Part shown: positions 1 through 11,300 of the stretch, piece by piece | Numbering within the stretch: the stretch's first letter is position 1 | How the letters are laid out: every line of letters starts with the position of its first letter | From: a virus | Taxonomy: Duplodnaviria; Caudoviricetes | Virus record (IMG/VR): IMGVR_UViG_3300017780_004277 | Span: 1 to 33,884 of that record | Length of the DNA stretch: 33,884 bases | Strand: one strand, 5' to 3' | The notes under the pieces: generated by a model | The model's database searches: none | Seen by the model: only the letters and a program-made list of their open reading frames with translations | Told to the model about the DNA's origin: nothing | Position numbers and translations under genes: made by a program

Positions 1-1
1 A

Positions 2-82
2 TTTAGCGACATAACTACAGGAACAGAACCATTAAAGCCAGAGGAAATTAAACAATTATCAAACCCAGAAACCAATGGCTGA
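2..82 (+). CDS. 3' end of an upstream hypothetical protein (partial)
   Basis: Frame 2 is open from the window edge (FSDITTGTEPLKPEEIKQLSNPETNG) and ends at TGA 80-82. It overlaps the ATG at 75 in the same AATGGCT-stop arrangement seen at 4741. Confidence 0.55.
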   Translation, partial: FSDITTGTEPLKPEEIKQLSNPETNG

Positions 83-1484
83 AAGTTTCAATAAAATATT
101 TTCATCGAACAATAATGGCAGTTTAATATCAAGATCACCTTTTATAATAGGAAGAATTGTTAATGTTGTACAAGGTCCATACTTATCTGACGGAAAGACG
201 GTCGATCCTGATTATAATGATGTAACAGATCTTGGTAAGATTAGATATTCAATAATAAACTCATCGCAGAACAGCGACGCTGTTGGAGCAAGCAGTAGAC
301 CAGCAAGACCCTTCTTTAGTTTTATACACCAGTATCCACTTGAAGGTGAATACGTATATTTATTACCTGGCCCAGGGTTAGAGTTAAATGAAGCAGCTGG
401 AGATATAGATTTATATTATCTACCGCCGATTAGATTGTGGGGATCACCACATCACAATGCTCATCCTGATATGGGGGTGTATAGCAGTTATATAAACATA
501 AACACGGCCAATTATCAAAATAGCCAGCAAGGAACAGTTAATAATATAACAACAGTTCCTATGGAGTTTCCATTAGGAAATGGATTTGTGGAAAAAAGTA
601 ATATTAAAAGCATATTACCGTTTACTGGCGATGTTATAATAGAAGGTAGGTATGGCACATCTATTAGATTTGGATCAACAGCAAAGCAGTATTCAAAGTT
701 TAATACGTGGTCTAATACAGGGAATACAGGCGATCCAATCACTATAATAAGAAATGGCCAAGGTAATCAATCTGATATACTGGGATATAACCCAACCGTT
801 GAAAATATAAACGTCGATCAATCGTCGATATATTTAACAGCTGGTCAAACTATTAATATAGATGATATTTCAAACTTCCCATTAACAAGTTGGGATATAT
901 CAGTACAGAATAAAATTACAATAGGTATATCGTTATCAGCACCACCAACAGCAAATACTACTATATCAGCACAAGACCAAGATGCATACGCGTTAGATAA
1001 TCCAAAAGACGATCAAGTAGGAACTCCCACAGACCCAGTTAGCCCAATTCGAACATATAACCCAACTGTAACAGAAACAACCTTAAATACAGCAGCAAGA
1101 TTTACAAATATTGATTTAATAACGCCAACATTGGAACCTATTAATCCAATGATACAAGCAAGAGTTACAAATGTTGATTTAATAACACCAACATTAAAAC
1201 CTATTAATCCAATAATACAACAACCAACTACTCCAATATCTGGAAACCAATTACAAAGATCACTACCAGTAAAATATAAAGTAGTTGGCGATTCTTTTGA
1301 ACTTGCTGGAATATATGTAGTTAATTTAAGAGCAGTTGATCGTAATGGTACGATAGTAGCTACTGTTAGTAAAGATGGTACTAATTTACAGGCTGTTTAT
1401 AACATGGCAGTATCAGAATTAAGAAACATTAATACAAATAGTGTACTAACTATACCACCGATAGATAAATTAGAAAAGTTATAA
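75..1484 (+). CDS. Putative baseplate hub/spike protein, N-terminal part (gp5/VgrG-like OB region), with a Pro/Thr-rich C-terminal extension
   Basis: 469 aa. Motifs ARP..SFIHQYPLEGEYVYLL and GDVIIEGRYGTSIRFGS resemble gp5-like hub proteins. It lies upstream of gp25- and gp6-like genes. Confidence 0.55.
   Translation: MAESFNKIFSSNNNGSLISRSPFIIGRIVNVVQGPYLSDGKTVDPDYNDVTDLGKIRYSIINSSQNSDAVGASSRPARPFFSFIHQYPLEGEYVYLLPGPGLELNEAAGDIDLYYLPPIRLWGSPHHNAHPDMGVYSSYININTANYQNSQQGTVNNITTVPMEFPLGNGFVEKSNIKSILPFTGDVIIEGRYGTSIRFGSTAKQYSKFNTWSNTGNTGDPITIIRNGQGNQSDILGYNPTVENINVDQSSIYLTAGQTINIDDISNFPLTSWDISVQNKITIGISLSAPPTANTTISAQDQDAYALDNPKDDQVGTPTDPVSPIRTYNPTVTETTLNTAARFTNIDLITPTLEPINPMIQARVTNVDLITPTLKPINPIIQQPTTPISGNQLQRSLPVKYKVVGDSFELAGIYVVNLRAVDRNGTIVATVSKDGTNLQAVYNMAVSELRNINTNSVLTIPPIDKLEKL
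1095..1220 (+). repeat. Imperfect in-frame tandem duplication, 2 x 63 bp
   Basis: 1095-1157 and 1158-1220 encode ARFTNIDLITPTLEPINPMIQ and ARVTNVDLITPTLKPINPIIQ. Confidence 0.95.
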
Positions 1485-1488
1485 ACGT

Positions 1489-1917
1489 ATGCTAAAACCA
1501 CAATTCCCATACCCAGGCAATCAAGTAATAATATCATCAGGCAGAGTATTACTACACGCAAAAGATGATGCTGTTTTTATTTTTGGAAAAAAAGGAGTAG
1601 GTATATCAACCCCCGCTACTTTTAACATAGATGCACCTGAAAGAACAGTAATAAACTCTAACATAATAGAATTAGGATTAAGAGCACAAAAAGAGGGTTA
1701 TAGAGTTGTTAAAGGAGAAGTAACCCTAATACAATTAAATAGATTATTTGATTCACTAGCTCAATTAGGTGAAGCATTAGAAAACATAGGAGTAGAATTA
1801 TTACCAGAAGCGGTATCGGCAATTCAAATAGGTGGAGGTAGCTTGCGAGATACCGTAAAATCTGTTAAAAATCAATTAAGCGTGAATGCGCTATCAAATA
1901 TAACGTATACATTATAA
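1489..1917 (+). CDS. Putative baseplate spike C-terminal (beta-helix-like) protein
   Basis: 142 aa. Short beta-strand periodicity (GNQVIISSGRVLLHAKDDAVFIFGKKGVGIST..NIDA..INSNIIELG) followed by VVKGE and a helical tail. It sits directly after the hub-like gene. Confidence 0.5.
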   Translation: MLKPQFPYPGNQVIISSGRVLLHAKDDAVFIFGKKGVGISTPATFNIDAPERTVINSNIIELGLRAQKEGYRVVKGEVTLIQLNRLFDSLAQLGEALENIGVELLPEAVSAIQIGGGSLRDTVKSVKNQLSVNALSNITYTL

Positions 1918-1918
1918 T

Positions 1919-3805
1919 ATGGCAAATCTTGCTGCAGGATTAGAACGAATCGTAAAGATTGTAGGTAAAGCCGTCAACCAAGCTAAAAAAGCTATTGATA
2001 AAATTCTGTGGGGTAATGTAAACGATGCACCAGCAATACCAGTATCTGGAATAGCGCCACCGGAACCAAAACGTACAAAAGTTGGTAGTTTTATACAATC
2101 GGGATTATTTAATGTAATAGATGTGTTATTAAAAGTAGATTTATGTAACGTACTAGAGTATTTAACAACATCACTATCAGACGTAAAACCAAAGAGAAAA
2201 GAAAATCCAACAAAAATTGAAAAAGCATTATACGATTTACAAGACCGGGCAGCCTTAGTAAGAAACGCCATTGACAGCTTTTATGCATTTCCAAACGAAG
2301 TATTAACACAACTAAAAGATCCAAACCCACAAGCAGCACCAGCACCAGGAACAACACCAACAACAAACACTCCTTCAAACGCTGAGTTAGTAGGATCAAA
2401 CATGCAGAAGTACAATTTTGGAATAATTGGAAAGTACACTTCAGATATTTTCAAATTTACAAGTAATGCACAAACAGCAGCTACAGGCACAACTGCTGTT
2501 ATAAACGATTTTGCAGCATCAGCATTATCAGACCCAGAAGTATCAGCTGCATTATCAATACTACCTGGATTTAAAACAAGTATAGCATCAATAAAAGACT
2601 ATATTTCAATAATTGATCAATATGCGGATTTTAGACAAATACCAAATGATGAATTTCAAAAACTATTAAGAAAGTTAGATGAGGTAAGAGCAGTCTGTGT
2701 TGCAATAGAATCACTTAATTTAGCAAGTGCTATTGATTTAGCAGATAAGTATTTAGGATCGGATGTAAGAAGCCAAATTGCAGAATTAGGTAAGTTTATG
2801 GATCCAACTAAAATAGTACCGACGCTTAAGCAAATTAATAATAGCCTACAATCGTTTACAAAAACATGTCAAACAATAACATCTAATCTACGCATAGCAA
2901 GGGGGTTTATTAAAATAGGGATAGTGCTTGTAAAAATCTTTAGATTTATAGCTAAATTAATCGGCAGCATACCAGCACCGCTACAGTTTGCAACTTACAG
3001 CATGGTTGATAAAATAAGAGATGCAAAAGATGCAGTAACAACTAATGTATCAGGACTTGAAAAATTTTTAACACAAGTTAATAATTTATTAGCAGTGATA
3101 ATAAACGTAATAAGATATATACAACAAAATACACAAGCACTAATACAAAGAATGGATATTTTAATTCAAAAATTAGAAGCATGTGGTGCACTAAAAGGCT
3201 CCCCAGTCGTACAGCAATTACAACAATCTCAGCAGAGCTTAAAAACATTAAACGATGAGTTAGCTGGAATAATTAGAGAGTATGATAAAAAAGCAAATGT
3301 AAATAATACAGATTACGGTAATTATACAATTAAGGTTGTTGAGGAAGAGTTAGTAGATGATGGTATTACTAATAAAAGGCGTAGAGGTATTGCAATTGAT
3401 AAGGATAACGCTATAGCAGCCCAGTCAGATTTAACATTTGCAACTAATAACGCTATTATAATAGAAGAAGTTAAATTTAAGTTAGTAGCATTAGGGTTAG
3501 TGTCAGCTGCGTCTTTAAGCCCAACTGATCTAGTCATAGCAGAGTCAATGACTTATTTAGAAGATAATGATTTAGTTCTAGATGATTTAAACCTACCAAC
3601 AAGTACCTTAGAATCCCCAGATAGCCAAAATCAAAATAGTGGATTAGGATTAAATGGATATTTAAACCAGATGAAAGGTACACAGGCGTTAAGAAAAAGA
3701 GTAAGATCTAAATTAAATAGTACTAGTAAAGCAGCAAAACAAAAAATAGCAGCTGATATGGCTAATACAAGTAAATTTTTAGGGGTAATTAAAAAACAAC
3801 CGTAA
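1919..3805 (+). CDS. Hypothetical, largely alpha-helical virion-associated protein
   Basis: 628 aa ORF with long amphipathic/coiled-coil stretches, located inside the baseplate cluster. Confidence 0.5.
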   Translation: MANLAAGLERIVKIVGKAVNQAKKAIDKILWGNVNDAPAIPVSGIAPPEPKRTKVGSFIQSGLFNVIDVLLKVDLCNVLEYLTTSLSDVKPKRKENPTKIEKALYDLQDRAALVRNAIDSFYAFPNEVLTQLKDPNPQAAPAPGTTPTTNTPSNAELVGSNMQKYNFGIIGKYTSDIFKFTSNAQTAATGTTAVINDFAASALSDPEVSAALSILPGFKTSIASIKDYISIIDQYADFRQIPNDEFQKLLRKLDEVRAVCVAIESLNLASAIDLADKYLGSDVRSQIAELGKFMDPTKIVPTLKQINNSLQSFTKTCQTITSNLRIARGFIKIGIVLVKIFRFIAKLIGSIPAPLQFATYSMVDKIRDAKDAVTTNVSGLEKFLTQVNNLLAVIINVIRYIQQNTQALIQRMDILIQKLEACGALKGSPVVQQLQQSQQSLKTLNDELAGIIREYDKKANVNNTDYGNYTIKVVEEELVDDGITNKRRRGIAIDKDNAIAAQSDLTFATNNAIIIEEVKFKLVALGLVSAASLSPTDLVIAESMTYLEDNDLVLDDLNLPTSTLESPDSQNQNSGLGLNGYLNQMKGTQALRKRVRSKLNSTSKAAKQKIAADMANTSKFLGVIKKQP

Positions 3806-3849
3806 ACAATCTAATGAATATATAATTAACTAAAAAGATGCGATTAAAA

Positions 3850-3857
3850 TATTTATA
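3850..3857 (+). promoter_or_regulatory. TATTTAT(A/T) putative phage late-promoter motif
   Basis: TATTTATA in the intergenic gap, 5 nt before ATG 3863. The motif recurs in most of the larger intergenic gaps. Confidence 0.6.
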
Positions 3858-3862
3858 AGCAT

Positions 3863-4336
3863 ATGGCAAACGTAGATTTACTAAGAAAACTAATAAGAGA
3901 AGAGGTTAAAGCAGTATTCCAGGAGGAATTAGCTGGTATTTTAAAAGAGGCTATTATAGCAAATAAAGGCACAAAGACTATAGTAGAATCAGAAAAACCT
4001 AAAAAAACACTAATACCAGACACTCTAAACACACAATCTTTTAGACCTAGAGCATCACCTAATTTAGGTAATAATAATCCACTAACAAACTTATTAGCAG
4101 AAACAGCACAAGCTATGACTAATGAAGATGTTAGTGGATTTAACTTCACATCAGAAGACGCACCAGGATTTGGTGGTGGCTTTATGCCACAACAAGCTGA
4201 ACCACAGGTTGTTGACTCAGTCGGAGGTATGATGGCAACAGCAAGAGCTAGTTCAAACTTTGATGCTATACAAATTAATGCAGTTCCGGATTTTACAGAG
4301 TTAATGACTAATTTAAAAGCTAAAGGAGCTATCTAA
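3863..4336 (+). CDS. Hypothetical protein with LRKLIREEV N-terminus
   Basis: 157 aa. The N-terminus resembles those of 33193 (IIRKLILKE) and the internal module at 31503 (LIRKLAEQVLRE). Confidence 0.6.
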   Translation: MANVDLLRKLIREEVKAVFQEELAGILKEAIIANKGTKTIVESEKPKKTLIPDTLNTQSFRPRASPNLGNNNPLTNLLAETAQAMTNEDVSGFNFTSEDAPGFGGGFMPQQAEPQVVDSVGGMMATARASSNFDAIQINAVPDFTELMTNLKAKGAI

Positions 4337-4749
4337 TGGCATACGGTTTAAAAAATATTAATGTATTAGATCTAAAGCCCTCTACTGGAGTAGGAGTAGC
4401 ACTACCTTTTTCTAATGTAACAGCCTTTACAACCGTCTATACGACTAAAGAGCAATTAAAGTACAATATACTTAATTTTCTATTAACAGATAGGGGAGAG
4501 CGGTTATTTAATCCAACTTTTGGAGCTGGCTTAAGATCAAGATTGTTTGAACAAATAACAGAGGAATCAAACGAAGCTTTAAAGATATCAATACAATCAG
4601 CGGTAGAAAGTTATTTTCCAAGCATACAAGTAAGAAATCTATCTGTTATATCAACACCAGACCAAAGCTTAATATCAGTGCAGTTTTCGTATATAATAAC
4701 AACAAGTAATGAAACCGATAACATATTAGTAAATATACAAAATGGCTAG
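4336..4749 (+). CDS. Baseplate wedge protein, gp25/GPW family
   Basis: EQLKYNILNFLLTDRGERLFNPTFGAGLRSRLFEQ is the typical gp25-family signature. Confidence 0.9.
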   Translation: MAYGLKNINVLDLKPSTGVGVALPFSNVTAFTTVYTTKEQLKYNILNFLLTDRGERLFNPTFGAGLRSRLFEQITEESNEALKISIQSAVESYFPSIQVRNLSVISTPDQSLISVQFSYIITTSNETDNILVNIQNG

Positions 4750-6613
4750 TGCAGAAATAAAATATCTAAATAAAGATTTTACATCATTCAAGCAATCGCT
4801 GATAGATTACGCAAAAGCGTACTATCCAACAGCTTACAATGATTTTAGCGTATCATCACCAGGTACAATGTTCATTGATATGGCATCCTATGTTGGAGAT
4901 GTATTATCTTTTTACTTAGACAATCAAATCCAAGAAGGTTTTTTAGAATTCGCAAAACAACAAGGCAACTTGTATGCCCTAGCTTATATGCTTGGGTATA
5001 AACCTAAAACAACATCAGCAGCTATAACAAAGCTAGATGTTTATCAACAATTACCTTCTACAATAGTAAACGGTGTATATTTACCTGATTTTAATTATGC
5101 AGTTGTTATAGAGGCTGGGATGGAAGTAAAGTCAAGCAGCACATCAACTACTTTCTACACACCAGAAAAAATAGACTTTACAGTATCCTCTTCAATAAAT
5201 CCTACAATTATTAGCGTCTACACAACGGATGCTTTTGGAAATCCATCAAGGTATTTATTAAGGAAGAGTACACAAGCTATATCAGGCAAAATACAAACAA
5301 AAGCTATAACCTTTGGTCAACCAACAAGATTCCCTGTAGCTACTATTACAGATACAAATATAATAGAAATAGTATCAGTAACAGACAATACATCAGGGAA
5401 TAGGTGGTATGAAGTACCCTATCTAGCACAGGATTATATATTAGAATCAGTCGATAATACAGCAGCCAACTACCCATCACTATCCCAGTACTCGAATCAA
5501 GTACCGTTTGTACTAACTAAAATACAGGTGCCTAGGAGGTTTGTATCTCGATTCAAAACATCTGGAGTACTTGAGTTAGAATTTGGTGCTGGTATAAATA
5601 ATATATCATCATCAGCGTTAACCCCTAATCCTTTTAATGTAGGTATAGGTACTATTAATGGGTTAACAATGTTAAATACAGCTTACGATCCTACTAATTT
5701 TGTTACAACCGAAGATTACGGATTAGCACCAACCAATACAACTTTAACAGTAACATATCTAACAGGAGGAGGAGCATCGTCAAACGCACAATCAGGAGAC
5801 TTGACCGTAATAGGAAACATTACTGCAAACTTTAAAGGAGCTCCTGCAAATGGTAATACAATAAAATCAACAATAGCAGTTACAAACCCAGAACCAGCAT
5901 CTGGAGGCGGCGATGGTGATAGTACAGAGGCGTTAAGATTAAATACAGCAGCACAATTCCCATCACAGCTACGCGCGGTAACACAGCAAGATTATCTAGG
6001 AACAATATTATCAATGCCAGCAAAATTTGGACAAGTAGCAAAAGCCTATATAACTAAGGATGAAGCAATTTTTAAGCCGTATTTAGTAAATGAACCAGGA
6101 GAAAGGGATCCATTAGCGACAACGGCATACATAACAGCTTATGACTCAGCAGGATACTTTACAGATCCCTCACCTGCATTATATCAAAATATTCAAACAT
6201 ATGTAGAACAATATAGAATGCTCACGGATGTAATATATATAAAACCAGCATACATAATAAATATTGGAGTTACATTCGATATAGTACTACGACCTAATTA
6301 TACATCTAGGCAAGTTGTAGGAACAGCTTTAAAAGAGTTAAAAGATTATTTTAATAGGTCAAGATGGCAAATCAATCAACCAATAATCTTATCAGAAGTA
6401 TACACGTTAATAGATAAAGTAATAGGTGTACAGACTGTGCAAAGAGTAACGATTACAAATCTAAGTGGTGTACCTGAGGGATATTCAAAATATAGTTATG
6501 ACATATCAGCAGCAACATTAAACGGCATTATTTACCCATCACTTGATCCAAGCATCTTTGAAGTAAAATATCTAGATGTAGACATTCAAGGTAGAGTAGT
6601 ATCAACACAATAA
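4742..6613 (+). CDS. Baseplate wedge subunit, T4 gp6 / baseplate J-like
   Basis: N-terminal DFTSFKQSL..Y..DFS.SSPG.MFIDM.SYVGDVLSFYLD..E.FL, then ELEFGAG, YLTGGG..SN, SGGGDGDS.E.LR and QLRAVTQQDY. It follows gp25. Confidence 0.9.
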   Translation: MASAEIKYLNKDFTSFKQSLIDYAKAYYPTAYNDFSVSSPGTMFIDMASYVGDVLSFYLDNQIQEGFLEFAKQQGNLYALAYMLGYKPKTTSAAITKLDVYQQLPSTIVNGVYLPDFNYAVVIEAGMEVKSSSTSTTFYTPEKIDFTVSSSINPTIISVYTTDAFGNPSRYLLRKSTQAISGKIQTKAITFGQPTRFPVATITDTNIIEIVSVTDNTSGNRWYEVPYLAQDYILESVDNTAANYPSLSQYSNQVPFVLTKIQVPRRFVSRFKTSGVLELEFGAGINNISSSALTPNPFNVGIGTINGLTMLNTAYDPTNFVTTEDYGLAPTNTTLTVTYLTGGGASSNAQSGDLTVIGNITANFKGAPANGNTIKSTIAVTNPEPASGGGDGDSTEALRLNTAAQFPSQLRAVTQQDYLGTILSMPAKFGQVAKAYITKDEAIFKPYLVNEPGERDPLATTAYITAYDSAGYFTDPSPALYQNIQTYVEQYRMLTDVIYIKPAYIINIGVTFDIVLRPNYTSRQVVGTALKELKDYFNRSRWQINQPIILSEVYTLIDKVIGVQTVQRVTITNLSGVPEGYSKYSYDISAATLNGIIYPSLDPSIFEVKYLDVDIQGRVVSTQ

Positions 6614-6615
6614 CC

Positions 6616-8028
6616 ATGGCAATATATAAAATCTTTCCATCCGCAGATGCGACAATCTACTCAGCTTACCCAGCAAAAAACACTGGACGTGATCCTGTAT
6701 TAGAAATATCTGCAAAAAATTCACAAGATGGTTTACGATTTATAGATAGATCTTTATTAGATCAATCACCCTACTATTCATATGATTTAGCGGCTAATGA
6801 TAACTATACAACAACAGCTGAGATTTTTCCGAGTAGTGATGTTAGGAGGTCGCTAGTACAATTTTCAAATGCAGACCTATCAATAATAAAAGAATTTGCA
6901 TCACAAGCAATTAGTGGATCATGGGAATCATATTTGAGATTAGGACTAGCATCTGCCCAGAATTTAAACACAACCTATTCGCTAGAGGCATATGCGGTAT
7001 CGCAATCGTGGTCAATGGGAACAGGTAAGTATACGACAGTGCCTGAGATTAGAAATGGAACATCGTGGGGATATACAGGATTATACAGCGCTTCAGCAGC
7101 TTGGTATCAAGATCCATTATATTGGAGTAACATAGATATTGGTACTTGGAATGGATCAGTCGCACAGACAACACTGTGGAATAATGTAGGTACCAGTATG
7201 AGTGTTAATTGGAATAATGCAACACAAATATGGAGTAACAACACTCTTTTTTGGAATCTGCTTCCAACTTTAGCAACAATAGGTGGTTCGTGGTATGGCA
7301 CCTATAGTGGCAGTCAGTATTTTGATTATATGAGTAACAAGGATATTAATATGAATGTTACTGGTATTGTTGACGCATGGTTCTCAGGATCTATTCCAAA
7401 CAATGGTATTATATTAAAACAACCACAAGCAATTGAGCAAGATACTAACTCTTTCATAGATTTAAAATTCTTCTCAGTAGATACACACACAATATATCCA
7501 CCATGTATAGAGCTTAGATGGGATGATTCACACTACTATCCAATAGGTAGTAACTATGTACTAAACGATCAAATAACAATAACATTAGCAAATAATCCGG
7601 GCACCTTTAAAAAAGGAACGGTTTATAAATTTAGAACAGCAGTAAGAGAAACATACCCAGCTAGACAATTTATAACATCATCAGTATACTTGAATTCATT
7701 GTATCTATCACAAGAATCACACTGGGCTATTCAAGATGTTAAGACAAATGAGATGATAGTAGACTTTGACGACACCTATACTAAGATAAGTGCAGATAGT
7801 GTTAGTAACTACTTCTACATGTATATGAATGGGTTGGAGGTTGAAAGATTTTATCGTTTATTAATTAAAACAAAAATATACTCAACAACATTTGGACCAC
7901 TATCAATATATGATAATGAACAATCAATCTATAACGCATTATCGTTATACTCACCAGAGGATTTAGCACTACTACCAGGAGAGACTATAATAAAAGATAA
8001 TAATTTAATATTTAAAGTAATTGGATAA
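6616..8028 (+). CDS. Virion structural protein with a DNRLRE-like beta-sandwich domain
   Basis: ADATIYS..P.KNTG.D..LEI, RSLVQF, NVTGIVDAW..GSIPNNGIILK and FFS.DT....P.IELRW match the DNRLRE-type pattern as I recall it. Confidence 0.55.
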   Translation: MAIYKIFPSADATIYSAYPAKNTGRDPVLEISAKNSQDGLRFIDRSLLDQSPYYSYDLAANDNYTTTAEIFPSSDVRRSLVQFSNADLSIIKEFASQAISGSWESYLRLGLASAQNLNTTYSLEAYAVSQSWSMGTGKYTTVPEIRNGTSWGYTGLYSASAAWYQDPLYWSNIDIGTWNGSVAQTTLWNNVGTSMSVNWNNATQIWSNNTLFWNLLPTLATIGGSWYGTYSGSQYFDYMSNKDINMNVTGIVDAWFSGSIPNNGIILKQPQAIEQDTNSFIDLKFFSVDTHTIYPPCIELRWDDSHYYPIGSNYVLNDQITITLANNPGTFKKGTVYKFRTAVRETYPARQFITSSVYLNSLYLSQESHWAIQDVKTNEMIVDFDDTYTKISADSVSNYFYMYMNGLEVERFYRLLIKTKIYSTTFGPLSIYDNEQSIYNALSLYSPEDLALLPGETIIKDNNLIFKVIG

Positions 8029-8030
8029 GT

Positions 8031-8372
8031 ATGCAAGAAGTTAAATTAGTAAAAGAAGTTTATGGTAGAAATACCTATACTAAGGTTGTAGATACACAGT
8101 TTTCTGAACTATACAGCCCAGTTACAGCATCAATACAACCGACAGAAAGAACGGTTGAAGATTTTTTTGATTTATATCAACAATTATTTTTTCAAATTCC
8201 TGCAACGGGTCAGGTAAATTCACATGATTATTTAATAAAAACAAGTACAGAATACGTTGGTGGATCTGTATTAACAGATAGAGAGCAGGTTTATATAGAC
8301 GAAATTAATCAACTAAGGCAACAATTATTAGAAACAACTGCTAACTACTTAAATTTAAACCAGATAATATAG
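8031..8372 (+). CDS. Hypothetical protein (baseplate cluster)
   Basis: 113 aa ORF tightly coupled to its neighbours, with a C-terminal coiled coil. Confidence 0.6.
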   Translation: MQEVKLVKEVYGRNTYTKVVDTQFSELYSPVTASIQPTERTVEDFFDLYQQLFFQIPATGQVNSHDYLIKTSTEYVGGSVLTDREQVYIDEINQLRQQLLETTANYLNLNQII

Positions 8373-8373
8373 G

Positions 8374-11300
8374 ATGGAAATAGTTGATGTATCATACTTG
8401 GGCACAGTACCAGATTACCAATCGTACTCTTTACAAGAGTTATCTTTAATAACAACCTCAACCGTTGTAGCTAACTTTGGAGCACAAACAGACTATGTTG
8501 AATTTTTTATTAAAGATTTAAACGGTGATATTGTAGCACGTAATTACAATGCGACAAAGTATGTTCCCAGCACAAATACAGCAAACACAGTAACAGCAAC
8601 TGTTACAAGTATAAATCTAGATCCAGAACAAGACGTTAAAGATAAAGGGATTAATAGAGGATCTATATCAGTTAAGTATAACTTTTTTAAAAATATATTA
8701 GAAAGTAAAGTAGGTACTACTTTCTGGATAAAAGAAATATCACCAAGTAGAACTGAAATAAAAGTAGGCAGACAAGATTTAGCCAACTCGCAACTATTAG
8801 TAGCATTTAATACATTTAACTCAATTGCTACAACTACAAACTACTACCCAGACTTTTTTTTAAATTTTGGAGAAGATAATCAGATTATAGCTATAAACCT
8901 AGTATATGTAGAGGAAGATGGTATTGCATACTTGATTGTAAAATTACATGAACCATTACCAGGAAACTACGATGTTTATTCACAATTTTGGGCAGTTCAA
9001 AAAGTAGCTGATTCTGTAGAATTTGATGTAACAATCAACGTAGAAGCGCCACAGGTTGTTATAGCAAATGCATTAAGAGGTCCAAACTACAAAGTAGCAA
9101 TAAATCAAAAACAAAACCAAACAACACCATACTACAACTATACAGGACTATTTTCAACAACAGTATCATCATCCTACCAACAGATGCAGTCAATGATAGA
9201 TGAAAAAAGTATTGATATAAATGTTGATTATAGTAGCTTTAGTAATTTTATACACTTTTCATCCGCAACAGAAAGGCTTTTAAACTTTGAATATAAGTTA
9301 AGATTAATTGAGGCATATAATCGAGATATTACTTTAGGAAACAGTTTACCACATGCACCTGGTACAATAATAAATAATACAAACGTTTTACTGCAGCAGA
9401 ATATAGATAATATCATAACTAAATTTGATAACTATGAGTACTATCTATACTTTGAATCAGGATCAACAGCATGGCCAAAGAAAAACAACTCACAACCATA
9501 CATATTATATTCAGTAACTAGTTCCCAAGCATTAGACTGGATGGGTAGTATAGACACTATACCATCAGCAACTAATATGAGTATGCTATACTCAGCATCT
9601 TTGTACGATAACTTAAACAAAGACAACCTAGAATACTCAATGCCGGCTTACATCAGAGAAGATGGCAATAACGAGCCATATATGACCTTTTTAAATATGA
9701 TAGGTCAGCATTTTGATAATATATGGATTTATTATAAAGACGTATCAAATAGATACTCTGCTGAAAACAACCCAGCCGTGGGAATATCAATAGACGTGGT
9801 TGCTGATGCATTAAGAGGGTTTGGAATTGAATTATATACTAATTCAAATGTATCAGATAATATTTATTACTCTTTATTTGGAATTAATGAAAGTGGATCA
9901 AACTTACCAATTACATCAAGTGCATACGCACAAGTTAATCCGGGGAATAGTAGTCTATACCCACCGGTTGGGAGTGAGTGGTTAAGCTCATCACTATATT
10001 TACCACCATTTGGAAATGAAAAAATTAATAGATATGTAACTGATTTAAGCTTCAGTACGTTACCACCTAATCAAACAGAGAAGGAAATATACAAAAGATT
10101 ATACCACAATTTACCGTACCTGTTAAAAACAAAAGGAACTCAGAGAGGCGTAAAAGCATTAATAGCCTGCTACGGTATACCAAATACAACCTTAACAGTA
10201 AATGAATTTGGTGGTAATTTTATATCAGCAGCACCAGGGATACAGCAAATTCAAAATGAAAAAGTATTTACAGGTAGTATATTACACATATCAAGCAGCC
10301 TACTATCACCGTTTGTAACAAATCAGTTTTTTCAAACTAACTTAGAGAGAGGATCAGTTAATGTAGAAGTAGGCTTTTCGCCTGCAGACTCAATCAATGC
10401 AGATATAACGGGCTCACTTGGTAATTTTAATATTATGCAGTACATAGGTGCTCCTGCTCTTCAATACTCTAGCTCCTATGATCCATTAGTAACATTTAGT
10501 GATAATTACTTCGCAGCTAACTATACAAGTAGATATAATGTCTGGGATTTTATAAGAATTATTAAATATTACAATAATTCACTATTCAAGATGATAAAAG
10601 ATTTTGTTCCAGCAAGAGCAAATCTATCAACAGGTATCATCGTAAAGCCGCATATACTAGAACGTAATAAATACGCAAGACACGAGCCTACACTTGCTAC
10701 ACTAGATTACTCACAGTCAATAGATACAGCTTTTATAACAGCATCAGATGCACCCGTATTACAATACTCAACAGCGTATACAAGCTCTGTTGAAACAGTA
10801 TTAGGACCGGTTGAAATAGATAATAGTTATGGATTTGAAAAATATACTGGTGATTTTGGAGGAACAACTATACAAGCTACTACAGATTATTTTCCGCAAG
10901 TAGAAACATCAAATATGACATCGTACTGGACTAGCTCAGTTCAAGGTGGTAATCAAATGTACTTAACATATTCACTAGATTACCTATATAATAATGTTTC
11001 AGGGTCACCAAAATCAACAAGATTTTTAGAATGTGACTACAACCATAGTCAAATTAAACCCAGTAACTTTAATTTAATAACACAATCAATCAACACATAT
11101 CCAGCATCCATAACTGATCCATACGGACAGTATGCTGAAATACAGGACTATAACTACTACTTAAGGAGAAGTATAATACCTAGATATAGCGGATCATACA
11201 TGTCAGGTAGATTCTATAATACACACAGCGCTGGCGATATTTCATACGGAAATGAGCCAGTAATTAATTATTACAATTATCAGTTATGACTATTTACACA

